32,383 bases of DNA from Octopus sinensis (lineage: Eukaryota). The position numbers and the translations under genes were made by a program. Below the pieces are notes generated by a model. That model did no database searches and had not been told where the DNA came from. It saw only the letters and a program-made list of their open reading frames with translations. The stretch is from assembly GCF_006345805.1 (NCBI RefSeq), contig NW_021832789.1, positions 1-32,383 on the forward strand, read 5' to 3'. How positions within the stretch are numbered: position 1 is the stretch's first letter; each line of letters begins with the position of its first letter. This document shows positions 1 to 9,572 of this stretch, piece after piece.

Positions 1-550
1 CTGGGATAAAATTTTGAGTTATGGTCAATCAGAGCTGGTGGAGTGTGAGGAAAAGATAAACTCGGATAAATATGTCTCCATATTGAAGAAATGACTCCTT
101 CTAATCTTCTGTAGTGGTGACATGATTAAAGAAGAATATATATGGAAGATGGAGCTCCTTGTAATACAACTGAAAGGCCCCAAGATTGGTTGGAAGAGAA
201 CGGATTTAGAAAGCTTCCATGGCCAAGCCAGTTACGTATATGAACCCTATTGAACACCTTTGGGTAGAAAAGACAAGACACTTCGTAAAAAGAAAAAGGA
301 AGCATCCTCAAACCCGGAGTTTTTGAGGGACTGCATGAAACATGACATGGAATTCATTAAGAGAATATTTGTCATCTGATCAGCAGCTTACCTAATAGGG
401 TCTATGCTCTGAAAAATGCCAAGGGCATGTCTGGTAAATATGATATATTCACATTATGTTAATTAACAAATATATTGGAATGTATAATTTCAGATTTAAA
501 TAAATGTTAACGATTATAAGGGTGTTTACTTCTGTCATGTCTGTGTGTAT
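1..550 (+). mobile_element. Tc1/mariner (Tc1-like DDE) transposon, 3' remnant with stops and frameshifts
   Basis: Fragments translate as WDKILSYGQSELVECEEKINSDKYVSILKK* (from 2), MEDGAPC...WLEENGFRKLPWPSQ (142-231), frameshifted MNPIEHLW (240-263) and LISSLPNRVYALKNAKGMSGKY (376-441). These match the Tc1 motifs QDNAPCH, WPSQSPDLNPIENLW and MPRRLEAVIKAKGGHTKY. The right boundary is approximate. Confidence 0.88.
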
Positions 551-557
551 ATGTATG

Positions 558-565
558 TATACACA

Positions 566-644
<79 letters not shown>

Positions 645-650
645 TATATA
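558..650. repeat. Compound microsatellite (CA)n-(CT)n-(CA)n
   Basis: Directly visible dinucleotide runs. Confidence 0.95.
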
Positions 651-850
651 TTAGATATAAAAATACAAAATGGGATAAGAATGCAAAACATCAAGACAGT
701 TGGGTGATACAAAAAAGGGACAAGAAAACATCCAGATAGACGATACAAAGAAAATGAGGGCGGGTAATTCGGAGTTCTCTTTCCTCAGTCGAGTTCTAGA
801 ATATCTCTGCAATTTCGGCTGGTTAAACTTGAGATTGCCTCAATCTGGCC

Positions 851-861
851 ATATATATATG

Positions 862-907
<46 letters not shown>

Positions 908-1172
908 TGGAAGTATATATGTATACATATATATAGGTATGTATAAGTATAAGTATATATTATATATATATATATATATATACAACACATAAATATATAT
1001 GTGTACATATATATACATATAAATAAATATGGACATATATAGACAAATATATATGTACGCATATATACAATAGATATATATGTACCTATATATATATATA
1101 TATAAACGTATATATTATACACATTGATATATATATATACACATATATACACAAATATACACATGTAAATAT

Positions 1173-1243
<71 letters not shown>

Positions 1244-1265
1244 GCTTATGTGTGTGTGTATGTGT
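851..1265. repeat. Degenerate (TA)n/(CA)n microsatellite field
   Basis: Directly visible; explains the overlapping YI/HT/CV-repeat ORFs. Confidence 0.95.
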
Positions 1266-2075
1266 AAAGTCCTTCATTCTGCTTTCCCCATCTCGTTGTT
1301 TCTCTTTCTCTCTCCATCTCTTCTCATATTCCCATCCTTTCTTTCTCATTCATGCTTTAACTTATCTATAAATTAATTTTTCTTTTGGTGCTTGGGCCAT
1401 ATTTAAATTTTTGTATTTGTCTTCTCATACAGTCTATCCAACAAATACTATACTTTCAAAGCTGTGATAAATTTTGATCTAATCACAGCGCTATATTTAT
1501 TTTGGTTGATTGTTTGGATTTGCCTTGTAATATCTTCCTAACTCTCCATTTACTTCATTTTTGTCTGAAGATCGGAAACGTCCAACTCGCCGTAGCATTA
1601 TAGTGATTAGCGATAACCTCAGCTTCTACTATATCTTGATATTTCATTAATATTATTTTAGTAATCATTGGTCTGTTTTCATCGGTATATAAGTAACCCG
1701 AAATACATATTCTTCGCATAAATGAAAGATGCACGAAATATCTACCTCTGATGAATTTCCACTACGACATTTTTAATCAACACAGTGTGTCATTCTGTAC
1801 ACGCAATAATTTTCATGCGCTGTGGTACAGAGAAAATTGCAGTGGATAAAATAATTTGTACTAAATCCAGTCGTTCTCTTTTCCATAGATTATATTTACT
1901 CACTGGATACATAAAGTTCTTGCACCAGTGCACTTATGCACACAGTTCAACTATGAGATTGCAGACAGAAATTCATGACGAGTGCTACATTTGGAATATA
2001 CCGATTTTCTACCCTGTCATGATCTACTCTGCTGGTTTCTCTCCCTCTCCCCGTCTCTGTATATATATATATATA

Positions 2076-2275
2076 TACAATGGGGTGTTGAAAAGTTTCT
2101 GGATGTAAGGGTGTCACGAAATACCTTGCTGGAGGCTTGACCTTTCGTGTTCTTTTACAGGTCTTAGAAAACCTGAAGGACCGTTGCAATATGTGTGTGA
2201 ATCTGGGAGAATACTCTGAATAAAATCACAATGAATTTTCTTTTATCCAAAGCCACGAACTTTTCACCACTCCCT

Positions 2276-2279
<4 letters not shown>
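2076..2279 (+). mobile_element. Mariner-derived MITE (internally deleted)
   Basis: Imperfect TIRs: TACAATGGGGTGTTGAAAAGTTTCTGG (from 2076) versus the reverse complement of the right end, TAGAAGGGAGTGGTGAAAAGTTCGTGG (to 2279). TA at both ends. The interior encodes QVLENLKDRCNMCVNLGEYSE*, like the mariner C-terminus GIEKLxxRWxKCIxxxGDYVE. Confidence 0.78.
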
Positions 2280-2318
<39 letters not shown>

Positions 2319-2382
2319 GTAATAATGATGATGATGATAATAATAATAATAATAATTATAATAATAATAATAATAATAATAA
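2276..2382. repeat. (CTAT)n followed by (GAT)n/(AAT)n arrays
   Basis: Directly visible. Confidence 0.95.
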
Positions 2383-2452
2383 GGATTATTACGAAGTAGC
2401 ATTAGCAGTGCCGTTAATTCCATTATGTATATATGTATATACACCTTCTAAC

Positions 2453-2538
2453 AGATCTACACGTGTTTCTACTGCATCGATTAGAAACAGTTGCAATTGC
2501 AACCTTAGTATAATACCGGTGTAATTTCTTCAGGGTCT
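2453..2538 (-). ncRNA. Type I hammerhead ribozyme motif (Penelope/retrozyme type), partly degenerate
   Basis: Minus strand reads AGACC-CUGAAGA(2533-2527)-57-nt helix II region containing the palindrome GTTGCAATTGCAAC-GAAA(2469-2466)-CACGTG-UA(cleavage triplet GUA, A=2458)-GATCT. Helix III is the palindrome ACACGTGT. Helix I has 4 of 5 pairs. Confidence 0.65.
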
Positions 2539-2638
2539 TCACTTTAATATCTTTTGATTTAACTTTTTAAAGTTATATGTTAATTCTATTTGCGTCCCAT
2601 GACGTGAAGTTAAACATTAATTTAGACTCGAGCCATCT

Positions 2639-2780
<142 letters not shown>

Positions 2781-3770
2781 TATATGGTTTCGCTTTGGTT
2801 TGTCTCTAATTTAGATTATTCCCAGCTGTTCTTTAGTTCTTCACCTCTAAATTAAATACCTACTTTCGGTTTTGAGGGTAATATATTTAACTATTTAAAT
2901 AATTTTATTAATAAGTTTTAATTAATCGTGTTGAACTGATCCATATTTAAACCCTTATTATTACTTTTAATTTTATTTACTTTTAATTACTTTTACTTCC
3001 TTTTAATTCTTATTTATTTATTTATTTACTTATTTATACTATATAATTTTACAAGAGTCTCTTAACATATTTAAATCCAGTATCTCACCATGCGAACGCT
3101 GCATATCTGAAATTTAAAAACCTTTGTCCAATACTTCCTTATCTTTATTAGTCTAACTCAATAATAATTTTTTTAAGGGATGAAAGGCTATATTTTCTAA
3201 GTCTTTATTCATTTATTTATTTTTACTCAATCTATTTTTACTTTTTACTTTAGTTTATTTTATTTTATTCTTGATTTTATTTTAAAATTTCATGCACTCA
3301 AAGATTAAGGAAATATGTCTTTTAACCCTTTCGATATTTACAACAATAGATTGCCTGGAATGACTTACACCTTAATTAAATATTAATAATAACTATACAT
3401 ACAGGAATTAAACTCTACATACTAAATTTCCATTGCTTTAATATGGATGGACATAGTATCGCAATATATAACATTTATACCAATGTCTCTACTTGAGCTT
3501 TTCTTTTACTAAACACCGTATAAGAATATATTAATCTAATCTTACTTTGCAACTCCAATATACATTACATTACTTCCCTTTCTAAGGTCTATACCATTTT
3601 TCATACTATGTTATTCTTTATGCATAAATTTGATCTGTTAACGGTTTGCCGCCCTTTATTTAACATGCAGGAATCGGTCACCTATTTGATATATCTTAAA
3701 GTCCCTCTGACGAGATTCGACTTTCAAAACCTTTCAAATTTTATTAATTATCTCTCTATTTATTTAGTTT

Positions 3771-3811
<41 letters not shown>

Positions 3812-4057
3812 CATTAATCAAAGGATATACTAAGTATGTCTACCTGCTGGAAACAACAGTCAACACTCTTATTTAAATCACCAAAATGCACTGATAATAA
3901 CTACAGAAATCAACCGTCTGAAGCCAAACGGACCAAGACAATCTCTCAGCATACATTCAAGTATTTGGACTCATGTGGACCGGTTTCTGGTCTTGCTGAA
4001 TAGCCTCACCATCCTCACCTATCTTCACAAATATCGTGAATTATTTGCTCGGTATTG

Positions 4058-4081
4058 CATGTATGTATGTATGTATGTATG

Positions 4082-4110
<29 letters not shown>
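4058..4110. repeat. (GTAT)n array
   Basis: Directly visible. Confidence 0.95.
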
Positions 4111-4112
<2 letters not shown>

Positions 4113-4370
4113 TAACAAATTAATAAATAAAACATATGCATATATACATACATATATGTACGTACCTATATCTACATGTATATATACATGCATATATGGG
4201 TATAGGACACCAAAAAAAAAAAACGTCGAACACATTGAGAAACGAAAAATTAAACACAAAACCAAGGAACTGGACATTTTTCTTAAACAACGAAAAAATA
4301 GGTACAGGACAAATAACACAAAGAAAATTCCCCTTCTTCAGTCGCCATGGTTTCATCTACTCCGCGTTTC

Positions 4371-4383
4371 GTATGTATGTATG

Positions 4384-4417
<34 letters not shown>

Positions 4418-4454
4418 TGATGTATGTATGTATGTATCTATCTATCTATCTATC

Positions 4455-4528
<74 letters not shown>

Positions 4529-4531
4529 ATA

Positions 4532-4578
<47 letters not shown>

Positions 4579-4600
4579 ATATATTATATATATATATATT
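4371..4600. repeat. (GTAT)n-(CTAT)n-(TA)n compound microsatellite
   Basis: Directly visible; source of the 222-aa pseudo-ORF 4036-4704. Confidence 0.95.
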
Positions 4601-4876
4601 ACAGATACGACGAATCTCTGCACAGCTTCTGTCAACAGGATTTCATTCACAAACCGGGGAGACTGGCGAATGTCTTTTGCCTGAAGTGCAAACGGAGTCT
4701 ATAGACGTTTTCCTATGTTGCATTTAGATGAATAATATACAAACATACGTAGTGCCCTCTGGTATAGAGGTGCAGAGGATCATTTTAAAATGTGTTTTGG
4801 AAAGTCTTCCTATGCAACTTTCTCGACCTAAGGAAGCCAAAATCAGTTAATCGTTCATTTTTTTTTTGTGTTACAG

Positions 4877-5018
4877 ATAAGAGAAAAATCTTTTACTCAC
4901 CGTATGGGATTTCCCACCTTATGGGATTTCAGAAATACAATCATAGCCGACATTGATGTTAACACAAACAATACTGATATCTACAGTTCTACCCCATTTC
5001 TGCTTTCTCTTACAACAC
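4877..5018 (+). other. Candidate 142-bp internal exon of unknown gene
   Basis: Acceptor with T-run ...TTTTGTGTTACAG (to 4876) and donor AC|GTAAGT (5019). One stop-free frame: IREKSFTHRMGFPTLWDFRNTIIADIDVNTNNTDIYSSTPFLLSLTT. No homology recognised and no partner exon identified. Confidence 0.25.
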
Positions 5019-5187
5019 GTAAGTACTCTTCCCATTTCTCTTAGTTTATGCACTTAAAATCAGTATATATTCTGGCACTATGAAAAAGTCCGAGCAGCTA
5101 TGTGAAGCGGTTAGATATATAGCAGGAAGAATTCCACCCAAACATCTCCCTATGATTGTAAAATGGCTATCCCAGACAGCAAAGAGT

Positions 5188-5431
5188 ATACCGATTCCCG
5201 GGATACTAGTCATCAATCTGTTTATATTCAAATCCAGCCATATCTGTCTTACAGACCGACAAGAAGTTCCACAAATTGAGACTGCCAACGGCAGCATCAC
5301 ACTACACTGTTGCATTCATATCTTCGCATACCTATTCGGCAGTGACAACTTCAAAATACACACATGGAAAAAAATATTGTACAGCTTCAGTTTGAAGACA
5401 AGTTTTCTAACTTCCCTATATTATATCGTTA
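5188..5431 (+). repeat. 244-bp direct repeat, copy 1 (unclassified)
   Basis: Aligns without gaps to 7023-7266 with about 20 mismatches (~92%, counted by eye). Confidence 0.9.
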
Positions 5432-7022
5432 AGTAACAGACCCTTTTTAACGAGAGGTGGGGAAAAAATTACCCTTTCTCATGGTAAATTTTATTGCCGA
5501 TGTTACTGATAACTTCATAAGTAGTTGTGACATATCAATAACGCTTATTAAAATAGCAATACCTGTTTGTATTCAGCTGCTATTAGCCTAAAGGATCATC
5601 AGGGAATTATTTGCATAGTACACAGCAATTTGCTATATGAAACGTAAAGGGTAATGAACGTCACTAGCGGAAAGCAGAAGCAATCTAAGGCAGGAAATAT
5701 GACAATCAAATGCTCTTATAAAATGTAAGATAAATGATGTGTTCACAGAACACCAACAATACCTCCTGAGAAAATTATCCAAACGTTCAGAGATTTTGTC
5801 TAAAATCTCGAGGGAAAATTAATAACTCTGAAGCATGAACTCAAGAGGCAGAATGAACAAAAAAGTAATCTTTACCCGAAAAAAGAATTACAACTGCAAG
5901 TTTATTTTTAATCCCAAAGCATTTCACGGGAGAATGAGGAATGATAACATAATGAAAATATACTTTTCCTATGAAAACCTAAAATCATTCCTTTTTATGA
6001 TGTCAAAAGGATATAAGGATTAAGCCATATAATGAGGAAACACGCTCTTCGTAGGTTACTGGTTTCAGACTTAAACTGTTCATAAAAAGCTACTTAAACA
6101 TAAATTTAAATGTGAAAATATATAGAAGGTAAGATTGAAATAACGAACAATCTTGCCATAGCACGAGTACCCCTTGTGGCCAAGTATGAAAACTCGATCT
6201 TAGTAGGGAACTATAGAGCCATAGCCTGCCTTAAAATTATGTAGAAATTGTTCACAAGCTGTGTGGACCATTTGATCTAAGACAATTGCGTGTTTAGCAA
6301 TATAGTCACTGATGAGTAGGTAAGTTTCAAAAGGAATGTGGAAATGCGCCGAACAACTTGTAAATAAATCTTGCTGAGTTAAGTAATAAATGACCGTTGA
6401 AAAGTTGCGATAACATGACTTGATTATAAAACAACATTCCAATCCATTTCCTATTTAGGGCTCTAGAAGTCACTACAGTTGGCAAATAGTAACGCTGTCT
6501 TATTTGCTGCCATTGAAAGGGTCATGAAGATATGGTCTGCAACCCCCAAAATTGTAATTGAAAACGGAATGATAGCCTCCAGTGTTATAAATATTTCAAA
6601 GAGACTATTCCAATGCAACCCGTCTGTCTGTGTTCTTGTTTACTTCGGTCTTAATTCTTTAAGAAAACCATTGACTTGTCTACAATAGCAAGACTTCTTA
6701 ATGTTACCAATAATTCCCTTGTAGATCTTCTAGAAAGCTAGGTTCAAAATATTGAGTCAAAACATTTTTGCTGATTTAAGGATGGAGTCCTACAACCCCT
6801 CCACAAAAGCATATTTAACATCTGAAAGTGGAAAACCTATCCCAAAACCCAAATCTTTTTATCAGCAGCCTCTGTACCTATTCGGTTTCCCGAAAAGAGT
6901 ACTATAAATATTTCGGTATTCATGGAAATATATTATACATGTTGTGAACTAATATAGAGTGACGGAAGATTATTAAAACTGGCTAAAAGAGATCTGGTAG
7001 TCAGAGCTTTCCTTTTAAAATA

Positions 7023-7266
7023 ATACTGATTCCCGGGACACAAGTCATCAAACTATTTATATTCAAATCCAGCCAGATCTGTCGTACACACCAAGAAGAA
7101 GTTCAAAGAATTGAGACTGCCAACGGCAGCATTACACTACACTGTCACATTCATATCTTCGCATACCTATTCGGCAGTGACAACTTCAAAATACACACAT
7201 GGAAAAAAAAAATGTACAGCTGCAGTTTGAAAACAAGTTTTCTAACTTCCCTATATTATATCGTTA
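7023..7266 (+). repeat. 244-bp direct repeat, copy 2, inserted in the R4-like ORF
   Basis: Matches 5188-5431. Lies between the SELSF*NNT and YNILSAP codons of the R4-like element. Confidence 0.9.
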
Positions 7267-7285
7267 TATATTATATCTGTTATGT

Positions 7286-7565
7286 GTCGTGAGGTTGTGA
7301 GTTCGAATCCCGAACCAGGCTGCGTGTTGTGTTATTTCACGTTGCACCAGTTCACGCAGCTGTAGAAATGAATTGCGACGTCACAGGTGCCAAGCTGCAT
7401 CGGCGTTTGCCTATCCCTTGGATAACACTGGTGTCGTGGAGAGGGGAGGCTGGTATGCATGGGCGACTGCTGGTCTTCCATAAAGCAACCTTGGCCGGAC
7501 CTGTGCCTGGAAGGGTAACTTTCTAGGGGCAATCCCATGGTCAGTCATGCTCGAAGTGGGGTCTC
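7286..7565 (+). mobile_element. tRNA-type SINE, family B (CORE-like centre)
   Basis: B-box-like GAGTTCGAATCC at ~7299-7310. Body and end (GCAATCCCAT...GGGGTCTC) match 23232-23535 and 31355-31670. Confidence 0.8.
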
Positions 7566-7709
7566 AGTACTATAATATACTTTCAGCACCGTTGTTGGTA
7601 CCAACATTTGGAATACTTGACTGGTCGATAGAGGGAATCTACTTCATAGAACTTAAAATCTTTAAGATTCTGACATCAACGGTAAACTTCCACAAAAGCA
7701 GTAACATTG

Positions 7710-7885
7710 GTTCCAAAATTTGGCTCCAGGCTAGAAATTTCGGGGGACTCTAGTACTTATTTTATCGATCCCGCAGGGATGAAAGGCAAAGCCGGCCTTT
7801 GCGGTATTTGAACTCAAAGCATGAAGTTGCAAGAAATGCCGCTAAGTATTTTGTCCTATGTGCCCGACGATTCTGCCAGCTCCCC
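7710..7885 (-). mobile_element. SINE family A, with diverged 24-bp TSD
   Basis: Reverse complement of GAGCTGGCAGAATCG...GTTCAAAT...CTTTCATCC. Flanked by ACTTCCACAAAAGCAGTAACATTG (7686-7709) and ACTTTCACAGAAGAAGTAATGTTG (7886-7909), 19/24 identical. Confidence 0.85.
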
Positions 7886-8309
7886 ACTTTCACAGAAGAA
7901 GTAATGTTGAAAGATTTTATTTCGGAAGTTAAGTGGGAGAAAGAAGCTTAAGATCATAGCTAACACCCTTTGAATGCCGCATAACACGAAAACCGCCTGA
8001 TAAACAAGAGAAGAAAAATAAACACGTCCACCAAATGATCAAAAATCGGGTGAATAACATCCTGTAGGATAGTAGTGAAGTCCTTAAGAAAGACTCGTTT
8101 CTTGATGACCTCCCATGTAAACACAGTGAAGACTTATATAAATGATACGCGCAACATACTGCAAAAATGTTATGCATAGTTATATTTACCGGAAACTTGA
8201 AAATGATAATATTAACCTGAATATGAACTTGATATGTAATCTCCCTTGGAATAGAGATCAGCATATAATTTTATATCACGAAGGTTTTGATCTTGCAATA
8301 TAAGTGCGG

Positions 8310-8516
8310 TGAGCTGGCAGAATCGTTAGCACTTCGGGCGAAATGCTTAGAGGTATTTCGTCTGTCTTTACGTTCTGAGTTCAAATTCCGCCGTGGTTGA
8401 ATTTGCCTTTCATCCTTTCAGGGTCAATAAATTAAGTGCCAGTTGTGTACTGGGGTCGATCTAATCGACTGTCAGCTTCCCCAAAATTTTCCGATCTAGG
8501 GCCTAGAGTAGAAAAG
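8310..8516 (+). mobile_element. SINE family A, with perfect 13-bp flanking direct repeat
   Basis: GAGCTGGCAGAATCGTTAGCAC...GAGTTCAAATTCCGCC...TTTGCCTTTCATCC...TACTGGGGTCGATC. AATATAAGTGCGG occurs at 8297-8309 and 8517-8529. Confidence 0.9.
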
Positions 8517-9251
8517 AATATAAGTGCGGGAAATACCTACAAAAATCCTAAATGAACAGTGCGGAGACTGATGGCCTAAACTCTCAAGATACAGCAAGAA
8601 ATGTGGTTCTGTGGACGACAAAACCTGTAACCAACAGCTGCCGAAAACTGTCATAATGGTCTTACATACCAGTGCGACATGATGTTGCTAAAACAACGCA
8701 TAATGTCCGCTACCAAAAAGACTACGCCATGATATAAACAACAACTTCACGGTTTGGTATACGCACAAATCATTACAAAGAATATTGGTGAAACATTTCC
8801 ATTAAAATTATTTACCAAATGCAAAAGTAACAAACCTCGTACGGGGACAGCAAAGAAAAAGTATGCATAAACATAGTGGTTAGGGATTCTGCAGATGTAA
8901 ACAGCTTTTTCAAAACCACTTAGAAGGGGAATATTTATGGACATCTGCTGGAAAACCTGTAGCCCCTCTACTCTCATTACAAAGTAACATTTATAAAAAT
9001 CATCATTGGTTGAAATATTAGTAAATAAATTAATGATAACTTGGAAAAGCTGGGACATTGGGACAAAGAGAGAGACTAGCATGCAAAATCTGTAAGTGGA
9101 ACAGTAAAAGATTGCAAGACATTTCTCAAGTTGAACATTTAAAACTTGCAGTTGTCATTGTTTAAATTCCAACGATGGGGTATATATTTCTTAATTCGAA
9201 ATCTACATGTTCGCTTTAAGAAAAAGCTCTAATAAACTTCAGAAACATAAC

Positions 9252-9287
<36 letters not shown>

Positions 9288-9300
9288 TATACATTTATAT

Positions 9301-9447
9301 GTAGGAAGCTTGCTTACCAACGACATGGTTCCGAGTTCAGTTCCAATTGCGTGGCACCTTGGGCAAGTGTCTTCTACTATACACTCGGACCGACCAAAGC
9401 CTTGTTAGACGGAAACTGAAAGAAGCCCGTCGTATATATATGTATAC

Positions 9448-9490
<43 letters not shown>

Positions 9491-9572
9491 GTGTGTGTGT
9501 GTGTGTGTGAGTGTGTGTGTGTGTGTGTTTGTGTGTCTGTGTTTGTCCCCCAACATCGCTTGACAACCGATG
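9301..9572 (+). mobile_element. SINE family C with internal (TA)n(TG)n tract
   Basis: GCTTGCTTACCAAC..CATGGTTCCGAGTTCAGTTCC..TGGCACCTTGGGCAAGTGTCTTCTACTATA..GACGGAAACTGAAAGAAGCCCGTCG, then the microsatellite, then CATCGCTTGACAACCGATG. Matches copies at 20684, 22786 and 23555. Confidence 0.85.

Larger units (their letters stand above)
5480..9142 (+). mobile_element. Decayed R4/Dong-like non-LTR retrotransposon (RT + CCHC region + restriction-like endonuclease), interrupted by insertions
   Basis: Colinear motifs with stops and frameshifts: NYRAIACLKIM*KLFTSC (6209), IVTDE..KGMWKCAEQLVNKS, T*LDYKTTFQSI (~6413), KRLFQCNP..FGLNSL (~6600), NNSLVDLLE (eroded FVDD, ~6709-6735), YKYFGI (6903), PTFGILDW (7601), HRRSNVERFY (~7891), MHSY (~8170), EIPTK (~8531), YIPVRHD (~8663), KEYW*NI, SADVN (8888), NIYGHLLENL*PLY, SVSGTVKDCKTFLKLNI* (stop 9140-9142). 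The left boundary is approximate. Confidence 0.88.

Noticed and set aside
755-795. Minus-strand CTGAGGA...CTCC-GAAT motif
   Set aside because: A15.1 is absent and helices II and III are not convincing.
1561-1586. CTGAAGA-TCG-GAAA-CG-TC compact hammerhead-like word
   Set aside because: Helix II is absent and helix I does not pair in register.
1785-2108. 107-aa ORF with an acceptor-like TTCTCTTTTCCATAG at 1888
   Set aside because: No good donor and no recognisable homology; the 3' part runs into (TA)n and a MITE.
3075-3120. PCERCISEI, resembling a Penelope GIY-YIG C-terminal CxxC
   Set aside because: Too short, with no supporting upstream motifs.
3707-3730. CTGACGA-GA...TC-AAAA motif
   Set aside because: G12 is missing, the stem is only 2 bp, and there is no helix III.
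4300-4350. Minus-strand CUGAAGA-AGGGG...TCCT, a half hammerhead
   Set aside because: No GAAA, helix III or cleavage triplet follows the stem; at best a deleted relic.
4036-4727. Long ORFs up to 222 aa (and similar ones at 823-1227, 16668-17072, 21016-21422 and 30890-31588)
   Set aside because: They are translations of (TA)n, (CTAT)n and (GTAT)n arrays (YI, IYLS, MYVC repeats), not genes.
5046-5436. ORFs 5080-5436 (+) and 5046-5315 (-) as host genes
   Set aside because: No recognisable family; they mostly overlap the 244-bp duplicated unit, whose second copy has no matching start.
6309-6316. CTGATGA words at 6309 (+), 5606, 10055 and ~11862 (-)
   Set aside because: They lie inside LINE coding remnants with no stems or GAAA.
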